DNA of 64,000 nucleotides from assembly GCF_006345805.1 (NCBI RefSeq), contig NC_043000.1, forward strand, positions 15,004,001-15,068,000. The letters run 5' to 3'. This DNA is from Octopus sinensis. Its lineage: Eukaryota. A program made the translations under genes and the position numbers. Below are positions 11,943 to 21,978 of the stretch, piece by piece; within the stretch, counting starts at the first letter, position 1, and each line of letters starts with the position of its first letter. Below the pieces are notes generated by a model. The model had not been told where the DNA came from. It saw nothing but the letters and a program-made list of their open reading frames with translations, and ran no database searches.

Positions 11943-12113
11943 GGCGCAGGAGTGGCTGTGTGGTAAGTAGCTTGCTTACCAACCACATGGTTCCGGGTTC
12001 AGTCCCACTGTGTGGCATCTTGGGCAAGTGTCTTCTACTATAGCCTCGGGCTGACCAAAGCCTTGTGAATGGATTTGGTAGACGGAAACTGAAAGAAGCC
12101 CGTAGTATATATG

Positions 12114-12148
<35 letters not shown>

Positions 12149-12340
12149 CTGTGTTTGTCCCTCCAACATCGCTCGACAACCGATGCTGGTGTGTTTACGT
12201 CCCCGTAACTTAGCGGTTCGGCAAAAGAGACCGATAGAATAAGTACTAGGCTTACAAAGAATAAGTCCTGGGGTCGATTTGCTCAACTAAAGGCGGTGCT
12301 CCAGCATGGCCGCAGTCAAATGACTGAAACAAGTAAAAGA
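11943..12340 (+). mobile_element. SINE family A
   Basis: Full-length copy. Confidence 0.85.
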
Positions 12341-12667
12341 CTAAGTTTTATAAGATAGTAGATTTGGCTGCTATTACTAAGATTTTAAGCAATCATGCAA
12401 AATATAGCTTTGTGTTACAAATTAAGAGAACGTTCTTTGGTCATACTGTGCCTCTACAGCCTAAGTAAGCTACACTTCCACATGATACCTATTTACAGGT
12501 ACTGAGAATTAAGTGAATTAAGCCATTGTTGATTGTTATCCTGTGTTCTAATGTAACTATAATATTTGTGTAGTTCAACGAACTATATCTAAAAATTCAA
12601 CCAAATGGACCTTCCATTTTCTAAAAAAAGCATCGCTTATGAAATATTTAGATAATAATGAAAGAAA

Positions 12668-13054
12668 TACTCTTTACTTGTTTCAGTCATTTGACTGCGG
12701 CCATGCTGGAGCACCACCTTTAGTCAAGCAACTCGACCCCGAGACTTTATTCTTCGTAAGCCCAGTACTTATTCTATCGGTCTCTTTTGCTGAACCGCCA
12801 AGTGATGGGGACGTAAACACACCAGCATCGGTTGTCAAGCAATGCTAGGGGGACAAACACACACACAAACATACACATATATATATATACATATATACGA
12901 CGGGCTTCTTTCAGTTTCCATCTACCAAATCCACTCACAAGGCTTTGGTCGGCCCAACGCTATAGTAGAAGACACTTGCCTAAGGTGCCACGCAGTGGGA
13001 CTGAACCCGGAACCATGTGGTTGGTTAGCAAGCTACTTACCACACAGCCACTCC
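12668..13054 (-). mobile_element. SINE family A
   Basis: Full-length copy, inverted relative to 11943-12340. Confidence 0.85.
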
Positions 13055-14221
13055 ATATTTATATTTGTCATACAATTTTAAGAATAAAGATGGTTTACAA
13101 AATAATTGTTGCTCAAGGTATTAGTCTGAAAAGAATCAGTGTTATTTTTGTCAAATAAATGCTAGCATTGCATTGAAACACATGTTATAACACTGTTGCT
13201 TTAAGAGAGGAAACTGATGTGGTGTGATGAAATTCTGTGCAGACAAGCACAGTTATTAGGTATTGTATATTCTGGATGACTGAGTGGTTTGGTAAACAAC
13301 TTGATAGCATTGTACCTAGTTTGTTGAGAGATCATCATCATTGTCTTAATATCCACTTTTCTATGCTAGCATGGGTCAGATGTGGTTTATTGAAGAAATT
13401 TTCTGCAAGCAGATGCCTTTTCTGTTTGCCAACCTTCACCTATTACTAAACAAGGTAATATTTTCCCATTTGCCATTTATTATTATAGATATTTTCGGAG
13501 CCTTAACTAACCACACAAATTTAGTTGTATGATTGCAACCTCAACTATGAATATTAATTAATTAAAATGAAACAGATTTAGAAGTCTATCATACCTGTAT
13601 TCAGGCCAATGAAACCAATGGCCTGCATGTTTTTTCGAAATATTGGAAATGAATGGTCACACACATACAGACAACAAGGTTCTTTCAATTTCTATCTACC
13701 AAGTTCACTGTCAAGGCTTTGGTCAGTAGGAGATACTTGACTAAGGTATCATGCAATGGGACTGAACTATCATAATTGGAAAGCAATCACATGGATTGAT
13801 GGAAACTGAAAGAATCCCATTTTGTGTGTGTGTGTGTGTCTCATGATATCACAGGATAACTGTAAATGTGTGTCACTGCCATACACAGTGTCACTTATTT
13901 CCAATATCTTGCAAAATATGTCTGCTCAGGGAAAAATATTACCTTGCTTAGAAACAGGTGTTGATTGGTGGCAGAAGGGACATCTGGCCATATTAAATTT
14001 TCCTCAAACTCCATTCGATCCATGCAAGGATGGAAAAGTGAACATCAGAACAATAATGCTGATTATTAGTTATATTTTCGTTGTTCCAATTTTTCTCCAG
14101 AAAATGATGAAATATATAGGATGAGTTATTGTTTCTATAACTTAATTCAAAAGAAACCTTTTTATAGTTTAAATCTGTGAATTTCTATACTTCTAAAACT
14201 GTTACCTTAATGCAAACTCAG

Positions 14222-14320
14222 AAACCAGAGTCAAAGTGTCTCATCATCTTTATCTGACAAACCAAATACCAGGAACAATTCCAAGCTTTATCCAATACCT
14301 TCTCTAGTTCAACCAACAAG
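14222..14320 (+). CDS. CCP110: CCP110-like exon
   Basis: 99 nt, phase 2/2; (I)NQSQSVSSSLSDKPNTRNNSKLYPIPSLVQPT; donor AAG|gtaagt. Confidence 0.75.
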
Positions 14321-14337
14321 GTAAGTATTGTCTAGGC

Positions 14338-14724
14338 GTGGAGGCGCAATGGCCTAGAGGTTAGGGCAGCAGACTCACGGTCATAGGATCGCAGTTTCGA
14401 TTCCCAGACCAGGCGTTGAGAGTTTATTGAGCGAAAACACCTAAAAGCTCCACGAGGCTCCGGCAGGGGATGGTGGTGATCCCTGCTGTACTCTTTCACC
14501 ACAACTTTCTCTCACTCTTACTTCCTGTTTCTGTTGTACCTGTATTTCAAAGGGCTGGCCTTGTCACTCTCTGTGTCACGCTGAATATCCCCGAGAACTA
14601 CGTTAAGGGTACACGTGTCTGTGGAGTGCTCAGCCACTTACACGTTAATTTCATGAGCAGGCTGTTCCGTTGATTTGGATCAACCGGAACCCTCGTCATC
14701 GTAACCGACGGAGTGCTTCCATCC
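14338..14724 (+). mobile_element. tRNA-derived SINE, family C
   Basis: Head GGCGCAATGGCCTAGAGGTTAGGG...GTTTCGATTCC; TSD ATTGTCTAGG at 14327-14336 and 14725-14734. Confidence 0.85.
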
Positions 14725-15294
14725 ATTGTCTAGGTGGCTAACATACCTCATATATGTTTTTCCTTGTAGATGAGATTATATTATCAGCAATGTTAAAGAC
14801 TACTGAGTCTCAATAGTTAATTTACTCTGTCAGTTTCTGGATTTACACATCAGACTTGCTTATATTGATTTGTGAGCTTCCGTGCCAGAGGCACTTAAAA
14901 GGCACCATTCAAGTGTGATCGTTACCAGCATTGCCTTACTGGCAGTTGAGCCCTGTGCTAGTAGGGTGTTAAGAGCACCATTCGAGCGTCACCATTACCA
15001 GCATCGCCTTACTGGCACCTGTGCTGGTGACATGTGTAAAAGATTCAAGTGAGGTCGTTGCCAGTACCGCCTGACTGGCCCCCGTGCTGGTGGCACATAA
15101 AAGCACCCACTACACTCTCGGAATGAATGGCATTAGGAAGGGCATCCAGCTGTAGAAACTCTGTCAGATCAAGATCGAAGCCTGGTGCAGCCACCTGGTT
15201 TGCCAGCCCTCAGCCAAATCGTCCAACTCATGCTAGCATGCAAAGCAGGCATTAAACGACGATGATGATGGGTCTGTTAACAAAGAGACTTTAA

Positions 15295-15512
15295 CCCTTT
15301 AGTGTTTAAACCGGCCATATCAGGCCAAAATTGTCTTCCTGTTATATGCTTAAACCAGCCAGCTCTAACCTCTCACACCTACCCTACAGTCATTCTAAAA
15401 ATAAACAGGGACATCATCAAAATCTCAGAGTTACAAGATGCTGTACAATTAATTTAAAACAATGTGATTAAACAGGCTTTACATTTGACAGAGTAACCTG
15501 AATGCTAAAGGG
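15295..15512 (+). mobile_element. piggyBac-like MITE
   Basis: TTAA|CCCTTTAG...CTAAAGGG|TTAA termini. Confidence 0.75.
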
Positions 15513-15889
15513 TTAAACATGCTAGTAACGAAAGAAAAGCAAACAATATTGATAATTCAGATATAAAAAGCAAGATCACTTTGAGCAACGGCAATTCTTG
15601 ATTTTATCATCTAAGCCATGTTTAAGAATAAAGTCATCTGATGAAAATATCTGAATGTTTACATTTAGTTATAGCTACAACTAAAAGCAAAGCACTTGAT
15701 ATTTTTGTCCCATTTTGCTATTAAACCTTTTTATAATAATTATGTAGTCAACAATTCTGAACTATTTACCTTTAAATTTTAAATGTTCTGGCGTACCTGA
15801 CATACAGATATTATAACTGAGAAGTATTCTTCAAAAGGATTGTATCTTTTATAAATAATGCATAAAATTTTGTACATTTTCATATGGAC

Positions 15890-16066
15890 ATTCTCATATA
15901 TATAATTCTCATATATATAATTCTCATATATATAATTCTCATATATATAATTCTCATATATATAATTCTCATATATATAATTCTCATATATATAATTCTC
16001 ATATATATAATTCTCATATATATAATTCTCATATATATAATTCTCATATATATAATTCTCATATAT
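15890..16066 (+). repeat. 15-bp minisatellite, about 12 copies
   Basis: (ATTCTCATATATATA)n; source of the spurious IILIY/MRIIY ORFs. Confidence 0.95.
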
Positions 16067-16282
16067 AAAATGATCAAAATTTATTTTCTTTGTTACATTT
16101 TATTCTTACATGTTTCATTGATAGAAATGACAGGTAAACTACCGACAAATTGCTGATCCAAAAGCACCATTTGGTTAGCTATCACTTGTTTGTCATTTGA
16201 CTGCAGCCATGCTGAGGTAGCACTAAGTTACAGGAACATAAATACACCAACACCAGTTGTCAAGCAGTGGTGAGGGAACAAA

Positions 16283-16347
<65 letters not shown>

Positions 16348-16350
16348 CAA

Positions 16351-17008
16351 TAATAAAAGGGTAAAATTAATTATTAATTAATTTTACCAATTAGTGTTCA
16401 GACATTACGTTATATAATTAGGGTTCAGTAAAATAATTTACTTTACCACACACTGAACTTTTAGAAATAGCAGCCAAAAAATCTTAGCTATTTCTTCTAC
16501 AATAAGAAGAATCTCCCAGACAATGCATACTCAAAAATAATTCACACAGGTATAGAGGGGAAAATAACGAAAGATCACACGTACATAAGATTACCTGAGA
16601 TCGGCCGTTTCTGGATTAGTTGAATATAAAGATCAACATTTCCTTCATCAGCTCAAAGATTTCTTTTGATTTGGATTTGAGAGCACTAAAAATCGAACAT
16701 ACCCGTCTGATATGAGGAAATGTTGATCTTTATATTCAACTAATCCAGAAACGGCCGTTCTCAAGTAATCTTATGTACGTGTGATCTTTCGTTATTTTCC
16801 CCTCTATACCTGTGTGAATTATTTTTGAGTATGCATTGTCTGGGAGATTCTTCTTATAGTAGAAGAAATAGCTAAGATTTTTGGGCTGCTATTTCTAAAA
16901 GTTCGGTGTGTGGTAAAGTAAATTATTTTACTGAACCCTAATTATATAACGTAATGTCTGAACACTAATTGGTAAAATTAATTAATAATTAATTTTACCC
17001 TTTTATTA
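16351..17008. mobile_element. Foldback element: about 300-bp near-perfect inverted arms around a ~55-bp loop, inserted in a (TA)n tract
   Basis: 16351-~16650 is the reverse complement of ~16701-17008, with only a handful of differences seen on manual comparison. Confidence 0.85.
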
Positions 17009-17541
17009 TATATATATATATATATATATTAGGGAGAGTTTATGAAAAGACAAAGACAGGTGGTGTACAAAACAAACAGATGTATTTGTATAATGCTCAG
17101 GAATAGATAGTCTTTTACGTTTCGAGCCTACGCTCTTCTACAGAGAGGGACACAGAAAAAAAACAAGGAGAGAAAAAAATGTGTGTAGTGGCTAACGATC
17201 TATATATATATTGTTGTCTTTGTTTAACATCCGTTTCAGTGAGGACTGGCGAGCCAGAAGGCTGCACCAGGCTCCAATCTGATCTGGCAGTGTTTCTACA
17301 GTTGGATGCCCTTCCTAACTCCAACCACTCAGTGTAGTGGGTGCTTTTACATGCCACTGGCATGGGGGCCAGTCAGGTGATACTGGCAACGACCACACTC
17401 AAAAGGTGTTTTTTCACATGCCACCTGCACAGGAGCCAGTCTGGCGGCACTGGCAACGATATATTTATTAATTTGTTATTGCCAAGGCAATGTTTGATAA
17501 CATTGATTTTTTTTTGTTTTTTTCTTTCTTATCTTTTCAAG

Positions 17542-17591
17542 ATCAACAACTCGAAAAATATCAAGCCAGCCGATTCCAAAAAATAGAATTG
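17542..17591 (+). CDS. CCP110: CCP110-like penultimate exon
   Basis: Long polypyrimidine tract plus caag| acceptor, 50 nt, phase 2 to 1; (R)STTRKISSQPIPKNRI; donor gtaagt. Confidence 0.8.
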
Positions 17592-17686
17592 GTAAGTTGA
17601 TTTACCACTGTTTTGATTTTATTAAAGATTTTTTTTTCTACATTTTGAGGATAAGACATTTATGGGTGCAATTTTTCTCTTTGTAG

Positions 17687-17784
17687 TGTCTGTTGCTGGG
17701 AAAATGGCTGCCACACGATTTGTTTCAACGAAAGTGAAAGATGTGCCTTCAGTGAAAATTGCCTCAAGCAAGCCATGGCATTGA
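17687..17784 (+). CDS. CCP110: CCP110-like terminal coding exon
   Basis: ttgtag| acceptor after a 95-nt intron, phase 1; (V)SVAGKMAATRFVSTKVKDVPSVKIASSKPWH then TGA at 17782-17784. Confidence 0.8.
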
Positions 17785-18521
17785 TTAGATAATTTTCATG
17801 TGTATCATCTAAGTCATATTTCAAATTTTATCTGTGATAACAAGAAAACTAATGAATCTTATTTATATTTGTTGGACACATTAAATGCCATGCTATAGTA
17901 TTCACTGATAGCAGTAACAGGTGTTGTGTCGGGGAGAACATGTACATTTTGTTGTTTGTTAAAATGATTTCTTCTTGCCAAGTTTTATTTGGTAAATGAC
18001 TCTTCTAGTATATGAATATTATATTTTCATAGTATTAGAACAGTTTATGAGACAGATTATATCTTCACTATAAATCTTTGTTAATCAGATGTTATCCCAT
18101 TTTGCTATTAAACCTTTTTAGAATAATCATGTTGTCAACAATTCCGAGCCATTAACTTTAAATTCTAAATACTCTGACCTAAAATATCTGACACATGGAT
18201 ACCAAAACTGGGAAATCTATTTGAAGAGGATTGTATTTATTGTAAATAATTCACAAAATTTTTGTATATTTTTCATTTGGTCATTTTCATATACCTACAT
18301 ATATAAACTAGGAAATAAACCAAATTTATATTCTTTCTGTTACTTATTGCATTTCTACATTTGTTTCATTGCATTTTATCCCTTGTGTAGCAAATATTTC
18401 ATTGATGTAGATGACAGGTACACTACCTGCAAGCTGCTAATCTCTACACATTAAAATAACAAACCTTTATTTTTATATATATTGAGTGTTTATCATATTT
18501 CCCTTTTAAAAAGTTTATAAC

Positions 18522-18527
18522 AATAAA
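18522..18527 (+). terminator. Candidate polyadenylation signal of CCP110
   Basis: AATAAA about 740 nt after the stop codon in AT-rich unique sequence; no transcript evidence. Confidence 0.3.
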
Positions 18528-18848
18528 AAAAGCAATGAAGATTGTTTAGTATCTCCAAGCTTCTGATACATTGTTTTATATTTACAATTTGTAAACTTTA
18601 CATCTAATAAACCCTCTCAACATATTTTAAAGTGTTTGGAATATTTTACTTCTTTTGTATTCATTGAATATTTCAATTCTTAAAAGCCACCTTACCAGCT
18701 GAAGAATAACATTTGTCCAGTGCTGTGTGATCATATCAGCAACTGTAAGACGTGTCTGACTTATTTAGAATAGACTTAGCTGTAAATAGGGGAGACACAG
18801 CTCACTATTGAAAGCAGGAACATAGCACACTGTGTAACATTTGCTATA

Positions 18849-19200
18849 ATAATAATAATGAAATTATTGTATACAGTGCTCAGGTGCACCACAACTTGTC
18901 AGAAAGTGCATATAAAGCATATGCAGTAATGTAGAAATGTCTGGAAAGCGAACAATGTATGAGTCAGATACATGCCTGTGTGTGTATGGAGGGGAGAAAA
19001 TCAAGTGTAGTGTTGGCGAATCTCAGGAAGCATGGAAGTTTTGAAGGATGCAGTGCTCCGACAACTAACAACTGATGCCGGCAGTTTGTTCCATGCTTCA
19101 GCAACTCTCAGCGTGAAAAAATGTTTCCTGAAGTCATGGGAGCTGTGTTGTTTTCTGACTTTGTAAATATGTCCACAGGTGTTAGATGGGTGGAGTTTGA
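18849..19200 (-). mobile_element. CR1-clade LINE 3' fragment
   Basis: TCGHIYKVRKQHSSHDFRKHFFTLRVAEAWNKLPASVVSCRSTASFK (CR1 TRGH...RKxFFSxRVVxxWNxLP motif), with a (TTA)n tail. Confidence 0.8.
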
Positions 19201-20114
19201 AAGAAATGGCCATCGGAAACCTAACAAAAGGGCGAGGTTTCCCATCATCATTTAACATCCATTTTCCATACTGACATGGGTTGGACAGCTAGACAGGAGC
19301 TGGCAAGGCCAGGAGCCACACCGGGTTCTAAGGTCTGTTTTACCTTGGTTTCTATAGCAGGATGCTCTTTCTAACACCAACTACTTTGCAGAGATACTGA
19401 GTGTTTTTTAGCATAGCACCAATACCTAGCAATTTAAAAGTTTACTGATTTTATAGTTATTCTACCTATAAGGTAATTATTGAAGAGTGGGTATATCTAG
19501 AATGCTGATATTGGGTGTGGATATAACTAAAAATCAGCTGTATGCACATCATCATCGTTTAACGTCAACTTTCCATGCTAGCTTGGGTTGGACGATTTGA
19601 CTGAGGACTGGCAAACCAGATGGCTGCACCAGGCTCTAATCTTGATCTGGCAGAGTTTCTACAGCTGGATGCTCTTCCTAACGCCAACCACTCTGAGTGT
19701 TGTGGGTGCTTTTATGTGCCAGTCAGGCGGTACTGGCAACGGTCACAGAAAATCATGTTTTTTTTTTTTTTTTTGTGTCACCTGCACACCAGCACAAGTG
19801 CCAGTAAGGCGACGCTAGTTGTGGTATCTTAAGCTGAGTGAGGCCATTTGGTGCACTTAGCTCAAAAACTGTGTACACAAAGCTTGATGTTGAAGCAGCC
19901 GATGTGTAGTGCCATGCAAAAGGTGAGATGATGCATATAACCAGATGAAATGAAAGATGACTTGAGTGTATGTTCCAAATGAACAGTGGCTTATTCAAAG
20001 AGATGAACAAGAAGTAACAGGTTTGAAACCAAATAAAAGTTTGTTGCAATGAGGTAGTGTGCATGTATGGTGCTTCAGACTTTTCTGCTTCTTTCCAATT
20101 ATTTCTCTGAATTA

Positions 20115-20537
20115 CGTGCCGGTGGCACGTAAAAGCACCATCCGTTTGTGTCCGTTGCCAACCTCGCCAGGCCCCCGTGCCGGTGGCATGTAAAAGTACC
20201 ATCCGTTCGTGGCCGTTGCCAGCACCGCCCCGACTGGCCTCCGTGCTGGTGGCACGTAAAAGCACCATCCGTTCGTGTCCGTTGCCAGCCTCGCCTTGCC
20301 CCCGTGCCGGTGGCACGTAAAAGCACCATCTGTTCATGGCCGTTTCGCACCTGTGCGGGTGGCACGAAAAAGCACCCACTACACTCACGGAGTGGTTGGT
20401 GTTAGGAAGGGCATCCAGCCGTAGAAACACTGCCAGATCAGACTGGGCCTGATGCAGCCTTCTGGCTTCACAGACTCCAGTTGAACCATCCAACCCATGC
20501 TAGCATGGAAAACGGACGCTAAATGATGATGATGATG
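20115..20537 (+). mobile_element. Retroposon family D ((GAT)n tail, internal tandem GTGCCGGTGGCAC subunits)
   Basis: Constant 3' module GTTAGGAAGGGCATCCAGC...CCAACCCATGCTAGCATGGAAAACGGACG(T)TAAATGATGATG preceded by about 5 subunits of ~60 bp. Confidence 0.8.
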
Positions 20538-20884
20538 AAATGTTTTATCATTTTTTACCCAATGTTTTAAGACCTAGTTTTAGAACATAAAGCGTATAAT
20601 AAAGACAGAATTGCCATAGCTAGTACATTATTCAAGAGATTCTCCAGGAAGTTAAGTTTGTACCAAAATTCTATTAAATCAAATCTTACCAGGGGCTACT
20701 CAGTATTATTATTGCTAATCTACAACAGGATGACACAGAACTAAAGAATTTTATAGTAACTCACAACATTCAATTACCAATAATTCAAGAAACATTCTTT
20801 CTATCTGAACACAGAACTCCCAGCAGTCAAAATCATACTAGACAGACTTTTCCAAAATGAAGGCAATCTGATTGAATGTATAAA

Positions 20885-21229
20885 AACACCTCAGAAAGAT
20901 ATACATGTGTGAAAAATAACTATTAAAAATATATAGATAAATAAATGTAAATATGTATAAAAATATATGTAAATATATATAAGTATAAATATATAATGTA
21001 TATGATAGTTTAAAAGTTTTCAATTATTTAAAGCATCTTACGATCATTATAGGGACAACTCTTCTCTGAAACAATTGTAAGATGCTTTAAATAATTAATT
21101 CAAATCTTTTAAACTTTCATATACATTATATATTTATACTTATACATATATTTTTATACATATTTATATTTATTTATATATTTTTAAAACAATTATTTGT
21201 CACACGTGTATATCTTTCTGAGGAGTTTT
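20885..21229. repeat. AT-rich inverted repeat / old foldback MITE (arms about 155 bp)
   Basis: CCTCAGAAAGATATACA...TTATTTAAAGCATCTTAC mirrored by GTAAGATGCTTTAAATAA...TATATCTTTCTGAGG. Confidence 0.7.
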
Positions 21230-21289
21230 GATATTGATTTCCTAATATTGATAATAATATATTATTAAAAAATATTAGAGACCGAGACC

Positions 21290-21978
21290 TATGGAAGTAT
21301 GCTGTGTGTGAGAAGACCCGGCAAGACTAGTGAGAACATAACCTGTGGCCTACATACCTTTCCGTCTTGGGACACAAAACTCCACTTGTGAAGACCCGTT
21401 GAGGCAAGTGAAAATCAAACCAAATCATATCAGAAAGCAGAACCAAAATCGAAGTCGATCAACATCAATGGAAATTGCAGCTGTGATACCAGTGCCGGTG
21501 ACAAGTAAGCAAACCATCCGATCGTGGCCGTTGCCAGCACCTCCGTGCCGGTGGAACGTAAAAGCACCATCCGTTCGTGGCCATTGCCAGCCTCGCCTGG
21601 CCCCCGTGCCGGTGGCACGTAGCACCATCCGTTTGTGGCCGTTGCCAGCCTCGACTAGCCCCCATGCCGGTGGCATGTAAAAAGCACCATCCGATCGTGG
21701 CCATTGCCAGCCTCGCCTGGCCCCCATGCCGGTGGCACGTAAAAAGCACCATCCGCCCGTGGCCGTTTGCCAGCTCCGTCTGGCACCTGTGCGGGTGGCA
21801 CATAAAAAGCACCCACTACACTCGCGGAGTGGTTGGCGTCAGGAAGGGCATCCAGCCATAGAAACACTGCAAGATCAGACTGGGCCTGATGCAGCCTTCT
21901 GGCTTCACAGACACCAGTTGAACCGTCCAACCCATGCTAGCATGGAAAGCGGACACTAAATGATGATGATGATGATGA
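21290..21978 (+). mobile_element. Retroposon family D (longest copy in window)
   Basis: About 6 internal subunits plus the constant 3' module. Further, mostly 5'-truncated copies lie near 336-640, 1796-2125, 5520-5945, 14880-15270, 19550-19810, 23275-23750, 27588-27865, 29445-29910, 40202-40445, 40765-41238, 45140-45480, 46090-46362, 58350-58735 and 61232-61540. Confidence 0.8.

Larger units (their letters stand above)
11807..14221 (+). other. U12-type (minor spliceosome) GT-AG intron of CCP110
   Basis: 5' site GTATCCTTTT matches the U12 consensus RTATCCTT. Branch-like TACCTTAAT at 14203-14211, about 11 nt before the AG at 14220-14221, with no polypyrimidine tract. Phase 2 on both sides keeps the frame. 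Confidence 0.8.

Noticed and set aside
11735-11986. Minus-strand ORF ...GYIWFFRIRYFRVAEDICC...
   Set aside because: Antisense to the real CCP110 exon 11748-11806 and begins inside a SINE.
14229-14320. Phase-0 acceptor at 14228 joining directly to exon 8971-9078
   Set aside because: It would skip the conserved SSATRKYLMRK exon; the 14221 acceptor with a U12 branch site explains the structure better.
14338-14410. tRNA-like sequence (also the heads of families A and B)
   Set aside because: A/B boxes are present but there is no complete cloverleaf, and each is fused to a SINE body with TSDs; these are SINE heads, not tRNA genes.
15880-16156. ORFs with (MRIIY)n / (IILIY)n repeats
   Set aside because: Artefact of a 15-bp minisatellite lacking stops.
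20115-20380. CRISPR-like array of palindromic repeats with variable linkers (also 21490-21810)
   Set aside because: The linkers are homologous to each other rather than unique spacers, the array is internal to a dispersed retroposon, there are no cas genes, and the context is eukaryotic.
19753-20493. 246-aa minus-strand ORF, the longest in the track
   Set aside because: It is a translation of family-D repeat subunits plus flank; near-identical peptides recur at every copy on both strands.
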